A DNA stretch of 64,000 bases from an uncultured Gammaproteobacteria bacterium (GCA_964524895.1 CAZGFG010000005.1:5976-69975), one strand, 5' to 3'; shown: positions 1-10,075, counted from the stretch's first letter. Notes: generated by a model not told the origin, from the sequence alone. Program-made: numbers and translations.

Positions 1-627
1 GAGATGTAATTGTGTCAAAATCCTGGTGGTTCTGCCATTTCCATCGGTAAAAGGATGAATGGAAGCAAATTCCAGATGCAATATACCGGCGGTAATAACA
101 GGATGCAATCCCTCTTTTGAGGCTTTTTCCAGCCACGCCAATAGTTCTTCAATTAAGACAGGTACCTTTTTTGCCGAGGGAGGCCGGTACATAACATGAT
201 CCACCCCCTTCATGCTGTTGACAACATAAACAGTCGAAGGGCGGAAATGCCCTGATTTATTATCGGTCAGAACCCCTTCCGTTACTTTCTTTTGGATATT
301 TAAGATATCGTCTATATCAAAGCTCTTTTTTTGCTCCGCTATCTGGTCCATAAGCAGTAGGGCATTTTGGTAATTCTTGACCTCCCGAATAGATTTAGGA
401 TCAGCCTTGACAGGCTCGTTAGATAAAACCTTATGTACTTGATATTCAGCCAATTGATTACCTTCTATAGAAGTAGATGTGTGCACCATCCGGATGACAG
501 CTTGTCGTCTTAGTTCGATCTCCCTTTTTGGCAGTACCCGGGATCTTTCAATTATTGTCTTAATCTCGGTAATTTGGCTAATTTTATCTAATATTGATGG
601 GGTTATAGTAAACTTAGGCTCAAACAT
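1..627 (-). CDS. Fic/DOC family protein (AMPylase-like); 5' end complete, C-terminus runs off the window
   Basis: Minus-strand translation from ATG (+625-627) gives MFEPKFTIT...; near the window start it reads HPFTDGNGRTTRILTQLHL = canonical Fic motif HxFx(D/E)GNGRxxR. Not in the ORF track because no stop lies within the window. Confidence 0.75.
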   Translation of the reverse strand, partial: MFEPKFTITPSILDKISQITEIKTIIERSRVLPKREIELRRQAVIRMVHTSTSIEGNQLAEYQVHKVLSNEPVKADPKSIREVKNYQNALLLMDQIAEQKKSFDIDDILNIQKKVTEGVLTDNKSGHFRPSTVYVVNSMKGVDHVMYRPPSAKKVPVLIEELLAWLEKASKEGLHPVITAGILHLEFASIHPFTDGNGRTTRILTQLHL

Positions 628-758
628 GGATGTATTATACCATAATCACGAAATAATCGCGCAATAAATCGCGAATCATTTCTTATCTCTATCTTTACTC
701 TAATATAAAAAAATAAAATTGGCAATCTTTTATTCAAAACAGTGTTACAATTTTTAGG

Positions 759-2474
759 ATGCTCACCAAAATCTTACTTTTAGTGTTTGTCCTTTCTTTT
801 CTCATTAGGTCAGACCTATCCTTTGACCAGGATTTGGGTAGGCACCTTAAGCTGGGGGAGATAATAACCCAAACCCATACAGTACCCAAAGTTAATCTTT
901 TTTCTTACACAAATCCAAATTTTCCATTTATAAACACCCACTGGCTGTTTGAAGTCTTGGTTTTTATGGGAAGTAACTCTCTGGGTCTCTATACTCTTTT
1001 GATCTTGAAAGTAGCCATTATCTTAATCTCGGTTTGGTTAACCTTAAAGATCATTGCTAGGAATAACTCTGCTTTGCTTTTGCCTGTTGGATTTATCTTT
1101 TTACATGTACTGCGCGAAAGGACAGATTTAAGGCCGGAAATTTTCTCCTTCTTGTTTACAGCATTAACTTTTTATATTTTGGATAAATACGAAAAGTTTG
1201 GCACAAAACTCATTTTTTCCCTTCCGCTCATCCAGCTGATTTGGGTTAACACCCATATCTACTTTCCTATAGGACTTATCCTACAGGCCATATTTTTAAT
1301 TCATATCGGTCTAACGCATCTACGTTTCCACCCCCGAGGTGGAAAGCTAAGGATGCTGGGAATAGTTTTCGTTCTATCGGTTATAGCAAGTTTAATTAAC
1401 CCTCATTTTTTAAAAGGCTTTTTGTATCCCTTAAATGTCTTTGATAACTACGGCTACACAATTGTAGAAAACCAAACCATGTTTCTCTTAGAAAATATTG
1501 GATTTTCCGACCATAACTTTCTCTTTGTCAAACTGGCAGGCGTAATTATCCTATTTTCCATAGTTGTATCCATAATCCGGCGACATATCAATTTGAAATC
1601 TATCTTGCTATCTCTGCTCGGGTTAGGATTGGCTTTAGGCAATGTCCGCAGTTTTCCTTTTCTGGTTCTGATTTCTTTACCGGCTGCCTTAATAAATTTC
1701 GGCCCTATTAAACCTTCACTTTGGACCAAAATTTTATCATTTATAACCGTTACTTTATTGATCGGGGAGTCCTGGTTTTACCTAAACGGGTCATATTACA
1801 CACAAACAGATAGCCAATATAGACCGGGTCTGGCTTTTGAGCAAAATGCTAAAGGAGCTTTGGACCTTGTTTTAAGCCAGAAAATTTTAGGCCCTATTTA
1901 TAACAATTTTGATATAGGCAGCTATATTATTTATAGGGGCTATCCAAATTACCGGGTCTTTATAGACGGCAGACCGGAAGCCTATCCAAAGGAATTTTTT
2001 CAGCAAGTCTATATACCTTCACAATATGATTACCAAAAATTTGAGGATCTTGAACAAAAATATAACTTCCAAACAGTTATATTTTCCCATACCGACCAAA
2101 CTCCCTGGGGGAAAGCTTTTCTGCAATCCATTACCCACGATAATACATGGAAAACAGTTTATCTTGATGACACCATGATAGTTTTAGCAAAGAATCCAAG
2201 TCCTGCTTTGAAGGGCGTAGACCTTACCTCCCTTGACCCCACCCAATACCAATTCTTAAATCATGTGTCCTATTTAAGGATGGGAATATTTTTGATAAGT
2301 ACGGGTTATACCCAAAGCGGGCAGAAGTTTATTCTAAAGTCCCTTCAGTTAAATCCACAAAGCCCTTTGGCAAATCTACTTATGGCCAATATCGAGGCAA
2401 GCAAGGGGGATTTCTTAAATCGGATTGAAGCCTCCAAATATCAACAAAAAGCAAAAAACCTCTTCTTTTGGTAA
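759..2474 (+). CDS. Multi-pass integral membrane protein with C-terminal TPR-like soluble region; possible GT-C-type glycosyltransferase
   Basis: 571 aa with >10 hydrophobic segments and a C-terminal repeat-like region (GYTQSGQKFILKSLQLNPQSPLANLLMANIEASKGD). The architecture resembles PMT/ArnT-like membrane glycosyltransferases, but no catalytic motif was verified. Confidence 0.4.
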   Translation: MLTKILLLVFVLSFLIRSDLSFDQDLGRHLKLGEIITQTHTVPKVNLFSYTNPNFPFINTHWLFEVLVFMGSNSLGLYTLLILKVAIILISVWLTLKIIARNNSALLLPVGFIFLHVLRERTDLRPEIFSFLFTALTFYILDKYEKFGTKLIFSLPLIQLIWVNTHIYFPIGLILQAIFLIHIGLTHLRFHPRGGKLRMLGIVFVLSVIASLINPHFLKGFLYPLNVFDNYGYTIVENQTMFLLENIGFSDHNFLFVKLAGVIILFSIVVSIIRRHINLKSILLSLLGLGLALGNVRSFPFLVLISLPAALINFGPIKPSLWTKILSFITVTLLIGESWFYLNGSYYTQTDSQYRPGLAFEQNAKGALDLVLSQKILGPIYNNFDIGSYIIYRGYPNYRVFIDGRPEAYPKEFFQQVYIPSQYDYQKFEDLEQKYNFQTVIFSHTDQTPWGKAFLQSITHDNTWKTVYLDDTMIVLAKNPSPALKGVDLTSLDPTQYQFLNHVSYLRMGIFLISTGYTQSGQKFILKSLQLNPQSPLANLLMANIEASKGDFLNRIEASKYQQKAKNLFFW

Positions 2475-2497
2475 ATCTGATATGATATCTTAAAGCT

Positions 2498-3433
2498 ATG
2501 AAAATACTTATTACTGGTGGAGCGGGTTTTATTGGTTCCCATATACAGGACAAGTTCTTGGAGTTGGGTCATGAAGTGGCGGTTTTAGATAACTTGAGGT
2601 CCGGCAAAAAAGAAAACTTAAATCCCAAAACCACATTTTTTGAAATAGATATTACTAATTTAGACTCCTTTAGAAGTGCAGTCTTAAAGTTTACCCCGGA
2701 AGTTATTTTCCACTTGGCTGCCCAAAATGAAGTGCCGTATTCTATGGAGCATCCCTTTGAAGATGAAAAAATAAATATCGTGGGAATGATGAATTTGATG
2801 GAGGCTGCAAAAGAGAGTGGGGTTAAAAAAGTTATTTACTCCAATACCGGAGGAGCTTTTTATGGGGATGTGCCGGAGGAGAATTTACCCATTAAAGAGG
2901 ACCAGCCCGTTAACAAGCCGACTTCTTTCTATGGAGTATCTAAATTATCAGCAGAATATTACTTAAAACTATATGGAAATTTGCATAATATAGGGTGGAT
3001 CTCCCTGCGTTATTCGAATGTTTATGGCCCCAGACAGGCAGGCAATAAAGAAGCAGGAGTGGTAGCTATATTTACTGAAAAACTTATGAGAAATAGTCAG
3101 CCAACAATCTTTGGAGAAGGGCACCATACCAGGGATTATATATATGTTGCAGATGTAGTTGAGGCAAATATTAAAGCATCAGACTTTGTCGGGTCGGACT
3201 ATTTTAATATATCTACAGGGGTAGAAACGGCAACGCAGACGGTTTTCGATACTATCGAGCATGCTTTACACACCGGTATTAAACCGGAATATGCCCCCAA
3301 CAGGCCCGGGGATGCATTTAGGGTCTGTTTAGATCCAAACAAAGCCAAGGAAAAATTGAATTGGGAAGCAAAGGTAGATTTTTCCGAAGGAATAGAGAAA
3401 ACAATAAAATTTTACCAACAAAGTTTAGGATAA
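2498..3433 (+). CDS. NAD-dependent epimerase/dehydratase (UDP-glucose 4-epimerase-like, extended SDR)
   Basis: N-terminal MKILITGGAGFIGSH Rossmann GxxGxxG motif; catalytic YxxxK (YGVSKLSAEYY); ~310 aa as in GalE-like enzymes. Confidence 0.85.
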   Translation: MKILITGGAGFIGSHIQDKFLELGHEVAVLDNLRSGKKENLNPKTTFFEIDITNLDSFRSAVLKFTPEVIFHLAAQNEVPYSMEHPFEDEKINIVGMMNLMEAAKESGVKKVIYSNTGGAFYGDVPEENLPIKEDQPVNKPTSFYGVSKLSAEYYLKLYGNLHNIGWISLRYSNVYGPRQAGNKEAGVVAIFTEKLMRNSQPTIFGEGHHTRDYIYVADVVEANIKASDFVGSDYFNISTGVETATQTVFDTIEHALHTGIKPEYAPNRPGDAFRVCLDPNKAKEKLNWEAKVDFSEGIEKTIKFYQQSLG

Positions 3434-3444
3434 AACCTTAAGAC

Positions 3445-3942
3445 TTATTGATTATTCTTATCGGCCGTAGAGAGTTTCTCCAGATTTCCATTTAGATAGT
3501 TGATATCATCCAATACATATTTCCATTCATCATTGTTAATATTTTTAGGGTAATAGACATAGAGGGCATAAAGGGCTCTTTGGTGGTTCCTAAATTGCTC
3601 GGTCACTACAGGGATTTTATCCTTTAAATTATTGGCAATAATGTAATCTGTTAAATTACCGGCAACTGCCGCATATCTCAAACTGGAGGACCAAAGATAT
3701 GTGTATTGTTGGGATTTTACCAGATGGTCTAATTCAGCAAGTCTTTGGTCCAGTAAATATTGCTGATAGTCGGCTTTGGCAGTGGGGGAAGTAGAAATTG
3801 CCGAAAAAAGTTTTTCCTGCAAGCGTTTTAAATTATAAAGTGGAGGAAAATCCGGGTTGGATCTTGGGGATAAAAATAAGGCAACTACAAAAATTGCCAG
3901 AAGTACGATCAGGATTCTTTTGATATCTTTAGAACTTGGCAT
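3445..3942 (-). CDS. Hypothetical protein with N-terminal membrane anchor/signal
   Basis: 165 aa, N-terminal hydrophobic stretch (ILIVLLAIFVVALFL); no recognisable catalytic motif. Confidence 0.35.
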   Translation of the reverse strand: MPSSKDIKRILIVLLAIFVVALFLSPRSNPDFPPLYNLKRLQEKLFSAISTSPTAKADYQQYLLDQRLAELDHLVKSQQYTYLWSSSLRYAAVAGNLTDYIIANNLKDKIPVVTEQFRNHQRALYALYVYYPKNINNDEWKYVLDDINYLNGNLEKLSTADKNNQ

Positions 3943-4054
3943 AACGGATAACTTAATACCATACTTTTTATAAAAAGATCAATAGTGTAAATTATAAGCT
4001 TCCGCGGGCCTAGGACTTTATATCTCTGGTTATATGTTGTAAAATTAAGCACAT

Positions 4055-4127
4055 GCCGAAGTTGCCAACGTGGTCAAGGCGGGCGCCTGAAGAGCGTCTT
4101 ATCGGTGTTCGATTCACCGCTTCGGCA
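4055..4127 (+). tRNA. tRNA-Phe (anticodon GAA)
   Basis: Hand-folded cloverleaf: acceptor GCCGAAG/CTTCGGC, anticodon stem GGCGC/GCGTC with loop CTGAAGA (GAA), T-arm CGGTG-TTCGATT-CACCG, discriminator A; 73 nt. Confidence 0.8.
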
Positions 4128-4136
4128 CACCATTTT

Positions 4137-4197
4137 GCGGCGGTAGTTCAGTGGTAGGCTAGTCTTCCAGACTGGTCCTGCCACTTCCTCCCTCCGC
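4137..4197 (+). pseudogene. tRNA-like fragment: degenerate duplicate of the 5' part of the adjacent tRNA-Gly
   Basis: First 21 nt (GCGGCGGTAGTTCAGTGGTAG) are identical to the start of tRNA-Gly 72 nt downstream. The remainder (GCTAGTCTTCCAGACTGGTCCTGCCACTTCCTCCCTCCGC) lacks a proper anticodon arm and T-arm. Confidence 0.5.
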
Positions 4198-4208
4198 TTG
4201 TTATACTC

Positions 4209-4280
4209 GCGGCGGTAGTTCAGTGGTAGAATGTCTCGTTGCCAACGAGAAGGTCGCCGGTCCAAATCCGGTCCGCCGCT
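4209..4280 (+). tRNA. tRNA-Gly (anticodon GCC)
   Basis: Acceptor GCGGCGG/CCGCCGC, D-arm GTTC-AGTGGTA-GAAT, anticodon stem TCTCG/CGAGA with loop TTGCCAA (GCC), T-loop TCCAAAT; 72 nt. Confidence 0.8.
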
Positions 4281-4308
4281 CTTATAATCCTGAGCGAAGT
4301 CGAAGGAC

Positions 4309-4367
4309 AATTGACAGTTATCGACATAAATATACATAAATTGACAGAAAAGTTACAATAATTGACA
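4309..4367 (+). promoter_or_regulatory. Three direct repeats of AATTGACA (consensus -35 hexamer TTGACA) immediately upstream of the 456-aa ORF
   Basis: AATTGACA at ~4309-4316, 4339-4346 and 4360-4367 (spacings 30 and 21 nt); the last copy ends 1 nt before the ATG at 4369. Could be stacked promoter elements or a direct-repeat regulator binding site. Confidence 0.35.
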
Positions 4368-4368
4368 T

Positions 4369-5739
4369 ATGGATGAACAGTTAAAACCAAATCAAATAGA
4401 GGCTGATATAAGACACAAAGAAGCATGGGGCGGAGTTACTGACCCAAAAGAACATCAAGACAACCACTTTCGTTATCTTGTCTACGCATTTAAACCATAT
4501 GCTGCAATTGGTCAAAGAATAGTGAGTGTTAATGTTGCTAAAGCAGATTTAGAAACAAGACAAACGGGTAGTGTAGTAGATTTATTAAATAATCCTGACA
4601 AGATTAGTAAAAGAGAGTTTATAAGCCTATCATTGATAGACGAAAAACATCGTGCCACTTGGGGAAATTATGGATTAGTCGTCGAGGTTCCTAAAGTCAA
4701 TGTAATTTTGGTTTCTACCAGCGATGCCGGCTCGGTACACGCTTCTACTGATGTTTTAAAGCAACAAGCACAAGAACATCCACCAATAAGCTGGGATCAG
4801 CTTTTAGCAAACTCTTCACCCAATACCTATAATGAGGTTGTTGCCTTAGGGAGTAGCGGGCAAGGTGAGGCAAAAGTTGTAGGATTTTTTGCCAAAATTG
4901 ATGAGGGGGGGTATTTAGATCGGTCCCAAGTATATAAGTTGAAACAACATGCAGAGCGTTTAAATTTGCCTTTTATCGAGATAAAAGCAGAAAATCCCTA
5001 TGAACAAGACTCATTTGAATTTACATCAAATGGAGACGGAGTTTATGTTACCCATGCAGGGAAAAGATATATCTTGCGCTCAGGTGGTAAACCCGAATTT
5101 GATATTCTAAACTCGCGCAGAAAGAACCATTTTATGTCTCCCACCGAGGCAGACGAATTTTTTAAGTTTTTTGAAGCGGCTATTAATAACGGACAGACAT
5201 CAATAGGAAAAGCTATCTTGGATAATTTGAGAAAAGAGTATGAGTTGCTAAATAAAACCAGAAGATCTCCATCATTCAAAGTTGATAAGGATGGTAATGT
5301 TGAAAGTTTCAGTTTTTTTACCGGATATGATACTCAGGAATTTGAATATGCTATCAATCAGCATGGTGCTCATAAGATCAATACTACAGGATTAAAAGCA
5401 GAAATGGAAAAGAGCTTAGTAGAGGGTGATTCTTACATTCATCCAAATGACATCTCACATTACCAAGTTCGAGTTAGTCCTGAAGAAATAAAAAAATTAT
5501 TGAAAGATATTTCTGGGTTTGCTGATCCTGAAATAGTTAAAAAAGCAAACGAATTTATCGATGCCCACAGAGAACAAATGCGTGATACATATAATCAAGA
5601 AGTCAGGATGCGTAATAAAGCATCAAAAATAACCACTAGTTTTTATGCAGTTGATTACGGAAAGTTTCTGAGTGACATCAAGCCATTTTCGAGTGATATA
5701 GAATTTAAGCCCAAAGATAAACCTACAGACGGAGATTAG
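4369..5739 (+). CDS. Hypothetical protein (456 aa), no recognisable domain
   Basis: Long ORF with ordinary protein-like composition and an ATG start directly downstream of the tRNA-Phe/Gly cluster; no motif I can name. Confidence 0.5.
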   Translation: MDEQLKPNQIEADIRHKEAWGGVTDPKEHQDNHFRYLVYAFKPYAAIGQRIVSVNVAKADLETRQTGSVVDLLNNPDKISKREFISLSLIDEKHRATWGNYGLVVEVPKVNVILVSTSDAGSVHASTDVLKQQAQEHPPISWDQLLANSSPNTYNEVVALGSSGQGEAKVVGFFAKIDEGGYLDRSQVYKLKQHAERLNLPFIEIKAENPYEQDSFEFTSNGDGVYVTHAGKRYILRSGGKPEFDILNSRRKNHFMSPTEADEFFKFFEAAINNGQTSIGKAILDNLRKEYELLNKTRRSPSFKVDKDGNVESFSFFTGYDTQEFEYAINQHGAHKINTTGLKAEMEKSLVEGDSYIHPNDISHYQVRVSPEEIKKLLKDISGFADPEIVKKANEFIDAHREQMRDTYNQEVRMRNKASKITTSFYAVDYGKFLSDIKPFSSDIEFKPKDKPTDGD

Positions 5740-6105
5740 TGCTAATCCTTATAACGAAGTTTGCTGGAAGATGCGAAAGACTGTACGCCCAAATGTGTTC
5801 ACACCCCAGGGGTGTAAACCTAAACAGGGAGCTATTTAGAAAAGTACCATTTCCAAACCAAATATACACCGGAAGATCCGGAGAAGATGGCAAAGATCCT
5901 TTTAACAATAGTGCCGAAAAAAGACTCTAATATATCAAAACCAACAACCCCCTCTATACCAAAATTAATGGCTGCAATAATAACTAAAACAGTAGCAATA
6001 GTATCTACTAAAAAGTATAGGGGTCAATACAAAAAAAGTAAGCCATCTCCTAAATGGAAGAGTGCCCGTTGACATAATAACTTACTTTATGTTAATTCTG
6101 CCAAA

Positions 6106-7191
6106 GTGGAGGAGTTATGGTTTAGGGTAAAGCTTTGGTTGATGAAATTGGCCTATGTCAAAAAAAGAAGCAGGCTTAAAAGATATGGTCTTCCACTTGT
6201 ACTCGTACTAATTACATTCTCTTTTGTTATCCTCTCACCCAAAACATATTTCCATTTATTCCACGGTCAAACCACCGCATTTTTAACATTAACTTTTATT
6301 GTAACTTTGAGTTCTTGGTATGGAGGATTTGGTCCGGGTATTTTTGCAACGGTTATAACAGCAGCACTTAACTACTATGTTATCTTAAGGGCAGACCCTT
6401 CTTATCAACCTTTACAGGGAGACCTACTGCTTACCTTTATTTATTTATTAGAAGGAATTGTTATCAGTATCCTTTCAGAAGCCAGATATGAAGCAGACCT
6501 TAAAAAAGATGAATTCATCGGTATTGCTGCCCATGAGTTAAAAACACCCTTAAGCACCATCAAAGGTTTTGCAGAACTTCTTGCTAAAGCCTCCAGGAAA
6601 TTAAGCCAAAAGAAAATAATTTCATATGCATCGGAGATAGAACTTCAATCAGACAGACTTCTAAGTCTGGTTGAAGGCCTTTTAAATGTCACTAAAATAG
6701 AGATAGGAAAGTTCGAATATAAAGATGAGCCATTTGATTTAAATGATTTGGTAAGAGAAGTTATCAGTTACCAAAAACTCATAGAAAAAAACAGAAAAAT
6801 TACTCTTGTAGGTAAATGTAAAAAAATTATCTGTGGTGATCGCTATCGGATTGGACAAGTAATAACCAATCTTCTAACAAATGCTATCAAATATTCTCCC
6901 CCAAAGAGTAAAATAGAAATTAGAATAAAGGAGAAGGGTAAAAGTGTTTTTTTAAGCATTAAAGATTATGGTATCGGAATCCCAAAATCCGACCAGAAAC
7001 ATATCTTCAGTCAATATTACCAAGCTAAAAAAGCCCATGATGGCACAACAGAAGGATTAGGTATGGGACTATACATCTCATCCCAAATTATTAAAAACTA
7101 CCATGGGAAACTCTGGGTAAAGAACAACCGGGGAAAGGGTTCTACCTTCTTTCTGGAACTACCCAACAGTAACTCTAGATCATGGACTTAA
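6106..7191 (+). CDS. Sensor histidine kinase (HisKA + HATPase_c) with N-terminal transmembrane segments
   Basis: H-box AAHELKTPLSTIKGFAELL; N-box NLLTNAIKYS; G-boxes DYGIGIP and GLGMGLYIS. Track start is GTG. No adjacent response regulator gene is visible. Confidence 0.85.
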   Translation: MEELWFRVKLWLMKLAYVKKRSRLKRYGLPLVLVLITFSFVILSPKTYFHLFHGQTTAFLTLTFIVTLSSWYGGFGPGIFATVITAALNYYVILRADPSYQPLQGDLLLTFIYLLEGIVISILSEARYEADLKKDEFIGIAAHELKTPLSTIKGFAELLAKASRKLSQKKIISYASEIELQSDRLLSLVEGLLNVTKIEIGKFEYKDEPFDLNDLVREVISYQKLIEKNRKITLVGKCKKIICGDRYRIGQVITNLLTNAIKYSPPKSKIEIRIKEKGKSVFLSIKDYGIGIPKSDQKHIFSQYYQAKKAHDGTTEGLGMGLYISSQIIKNYHGKLWVKNNRGKGSTFFLELPNSNSRSWT

Positions 7192-7213
7192 ATGAGTCTG
7201 GTAGAATACTTGC

Positions 7214-8662
7214 ATGTATTATGCAAGCCGATATTTACTGTTTATTTTAATTTTTTCCCTTTTTTCTTTCACAATCCCATCATATAAAAATATTCTTTTT
7301 TCCACCAAATTTGTTGATGAAGAAGAAAATTTTGCTGTCGGAAAATATATAATCCGCGGAGAGATCTTTTATGAGGATATTGCAACTAACCACTTACCAC
7401 TGGCTGGTTTATTAAGCGGACTTATCCAAAAGCGAGATAATCCAGCTACCACCCATGATCTTATTGAGACTCAAAGGACATTTATTACCACATGGTCCTT
7501 GATCTGGGCCACTGTCTTGGTATTCTACTTTGGTCTGGCGGGCTTATTGTTTTCTTTTATCTTTGAGCTTACCAGAATCCATTTTTACGGCAATTTATTT
7601 TTGGCAGAAACCTTCACTGCATACCCTTTAGCTTTTCTAGCTGGACTTATAATTTTTAAGAAAGGTCCACTGAAACCATTTGAATTATTCTTTGCAGGAA
7701 CCCTGCTTGCTTTTCTGGCTTTAACTTTAGGTCCAATTTGGCCTGCGCTATTTCTCTTAACTATTTTATTGGTGGTAAAACAGCCTCTAAGAGATTTGCC
7801 GCTCGCTTTTCTGGGTGCACTATTGGTTTTCCTGCTGGTGCTTCCTTTTGTCAAAATATCCGGATACTTCCAATATTACATTTATGGGAATTTACAAAAT
7901 ATGGTTCCAAAAACATTAGATTATTGGATCCCGGCTTTAGGAAAATCATTCTTCTCTCCTATACTTTCCTTTGAGGGCCAAGCTCTTGATGACAATCTAA
8001 GATTAATCAGAACTCTTTCGGTAATACTAATTGTAAACCTTGCTTACCTTATCCTTCAGAAAAAATTTAGTTTGGCAGCTGCAATTTTTACCTTTTTGGG
8101 GTTACTAAACCTAAGATCTGTCCCTATAAGTGAAGGACATGCAGACGGTTTCCATCTATTGCCTTGGTATGCTTCCTTAGTATTTATTGCCTCTTCTTTA
8201 TTCGCCCTACAGCTCAAAAGTAAATCCTCTTATTTATTAAAAATCACAAATATTGGTGTATTAATTCTGGCTTTGTTTTTTTCTATTCAATATGCAAGGC
8301 AAAACCTTTTTATCAAGAAAGATGCACAAGCAGATTATCAGGTATTTTTCTCAACCCATACCAAAATAGGGGAAAGCATTAAAAGTATGAAAAAAGAAGG
8401 GGATACCTTATTTGTTTTTGCGGATGCTTGGCTTGTTTACTGGCAATCTGATGCAAACCACATACCTAAACTTTTTGGCTACTACACCTGGATGGCAGGG
8501 GTACCGGAAATCCGCCAGGCAGTAAATAAAGCTTTTGTAGAATATCCTCCCACTTACTTTTATTGTGAGGGTTGTAAACATACCGATTTATACCAATATT
8601 TGGAAAAATATAAAGAAGCAGCGGGATACGAAGGAAAACAGAACCTTTTTATTCTCCGGTAG
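7214..8662 (+). CDS. Multi-pass integral membrane protein (hypothetical; GT-C-like architecture)
   Basis: 482 aa, many hydrophobic helices plus a C-terminal soluble segment; the same general architecture as the 759, 16498 and 17985 membrane proteins. Confidence 0.45.
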   Translation: MYYASRYLLFILIFSLFSFTIPSYKNILFSTKFVDEEENFAVGKYIIRGEIFYEDIATNHLPLAGLLSGLIQKRDNPATTHDLIETQRTFITTWSLIWATVLVFYFGLAGLLFSFIFELTRIHFYGNLFLAETFTAYPLAFLAGLIIFKKGPLKPFELFFAGTLLAFLALTLGPIWPALFLLTILLVVKQPLRDLPLAFLGALLVFLLVLPFVKISGYFQYYIYGNLQNMVPKTLDYWIPALGKSFFSPILSFEGQALDDNLRLIRTLSVILIVNLAYLILQKKFSLAAAIFTFLGLLNLRSVPISEGHADGFHLLPWYASLVFIASSLFALQLKSKSSYLLKITNIGVLILALFFSIQYARQNLFIKKDAQADYQVFFSTHTKIGESIKSMKKEGDTLFVFADAWLVYWQSDANHIPKLFGYYTWMAGVPEIRQAVNKAFVEYPPTYFYCEGCKHTDLYQYLEKYKEAAGYEGKQNLFILR

Positions 8663-8711
8663 AACTATCCTCAAAGGATAAAAATTGATATAATTCTCAC
8701 GGCTCAACTAT

Positions 8712-8782
8712 TGCGGGGTCGTTCAATGGTAGGACGACAGACTTTGGATCTGTCTATCATGGTTCGAATCCATGCCCCGCAG
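8712..8782 (+). tRNA. tRNA-Gln (anticodon TTG)
   Basis: Acceptor TGCGGGG/CCCCGCA, anticodon stem ACAGA/TCTGT with loop CTTTGGA (TTG), T-arm CATGG-TTCGAAT-CCATG. Confidence 0.8.
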
Positions 8783-8830
8783 CACAGCTTGTTCTGACAA
8801 CCTAAACTAAATCTCTGATATACTCAGGAT

Positions 8831-10075
8831 ATGGACAAGACGATTATACCTAATTACAAATTACCAAGTTTATTAAACGTTCCTTCAACTTTCTTAAAAT
8901 TATTAGGTGCAAACCCTATCAAGAATATACTCCCTGAAAGTTACTATAAAAACTCAATAGGTTGTGAAAAGGTAGTATTTTTTCTTCTGGATGGATTCGG
9001 CCATAATCTATATCAAAAAGTTGGCCTGAAGTATCCTTTCTTTAAGAAGTATGCAGAGAAAGGAATCTATAACCCCATTCAAACTGTTTTTCCCTCCACA
9101 ACCGCAGCAGCTATTTCAACAATAAATAGCGGTTTGTCTCCTATTGAGCATGGCTTACCAGAATGGTATCTCTACTTTCAGGAGTTAGATGCAATCCTAG
9201 AAAGCTTACCGTTTACACCAGCTTTTAAGGAAGATCTAGATAAATTAAAAGCAGCTCCACCTAAAATATTATTCAATCAAAAGACAGTTTATGAGTACTT
9301 AAATGAGGTTCATGTGCCTTCTTATATATTTTTAAATAGGTATTTAGCGGAAAGTTTTTATAATATCCAAGCAAATAAGGGAGCGGTTGTTATTCCTTAT
9401 AATACATATCCCAATCTAATGGTTCAATTACGGAAATTACTCAATAAATCAAAAGGTAAGGCCTATATTTATGTATATATTTCTGCTATTGATAGTGCTG
9501 AGCATGAATTTGGTCCATGGGCTGAAGAAGTAGAGGTTGAAATATCGTCACTCTCCTACCTTTTAGAGGCTGAATTTGTTAATAAGATTGACCAAAATAT
9601 AGCGAATCAGATTGCTTTATTTATGACTGCAGATCACGGACAGATTGCTACTGATCCTAAAGAAACATTTTATCTGGATACCATACCCGGATTTAAAGAA
9701 TTTTTTAAGGTAGGTGCCGACGGTGAACCTATATTACCAACAGGAAATGTTAGGGATGTTTTGCTTAATATTAAACCTGAAAAGCAAGATGAGGCGATAG
9801 GATTACTAAAATCTAAATTGCCCAGTGGAACTCAGATATTAAAAATTACCAACTGTATAAAGCAAGGATGGTTTGGAAGCGGTAATACTCATCAGGAATT
9901 CCTTAATAGAACAGGTGATTTGTTAATATTACCGAATGGTGCAGATACTATTTGGTATCACTATACTCCGGAAAGCAGTTACAAATTTAAAGGAAATCAT
10001 GGTGGACAGAGCGAAGATGAGACTCTAATACCTTTTGTAAGCGCAAAATTATCTGATATGCAGAATAATTATTAA
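8831..10075 (+). CDS. Alkaline-phosphatase-superfamily metalloenzyme (type I phosphodiesterase/nucleotide pyrophosphatase- or iPGM-like)
   Basis: VVFFLLDGFGHNLY near the N-terminus, MTADHGQ, and C-terminal GNHGGQSEDETLIPF; these are typical metal-ligand motifs of the AP superfamily. Confidence 0.5.
   Translation: MDKTIIPNYKLPSLLNVPSTFLKLLGANPIKNILPESYYKNSIGCEKVVFFLLDGFGHNLYQKVGLKYPFFKKYAEKGIYNPIQTVFPSTTAAAISTINSGLSPIEHGLPEWYLYFQELDAILESLPFTPAFKEDLDKLKAAPPKILFNQKTVYEYLNEVHVPSYIFLNRYLAESFYNIQANKGAVVIPYNTYPNLMVQLRKLLNKSKGKAYIYVYISAIDSAEHEFGPWAEEVEVEISSLSYLLEAEFVNKIDQNIANQIALFMTADHGQIATDPKETFYLDTIPGFKEFFKVGADGEPILPTGNVRDVLLNIKPEKQDEAIGLLKSKLPSGTQILKITNCIKQGWFGSGNTHQEFLNRTGDLLILPNGADTIWYHYTPESSYKFKGNHGGQSEDETLIPFVSAKLSDMQNNY

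Noticed and set aside
479-667. 62-aa + strand ORF
   Set aside because: It lies antisense to, and entirely within, the well-supported Fic gene and its start region; the composition is not protein-like.
4074-4426. Minus-strand ORFs of 87 and 68 aa
   Set aside because: They overlap the tRNA-Phe / pseudo-tRNA / tRNA-Gly cluster and are translation artefacts of structured RNA genes.
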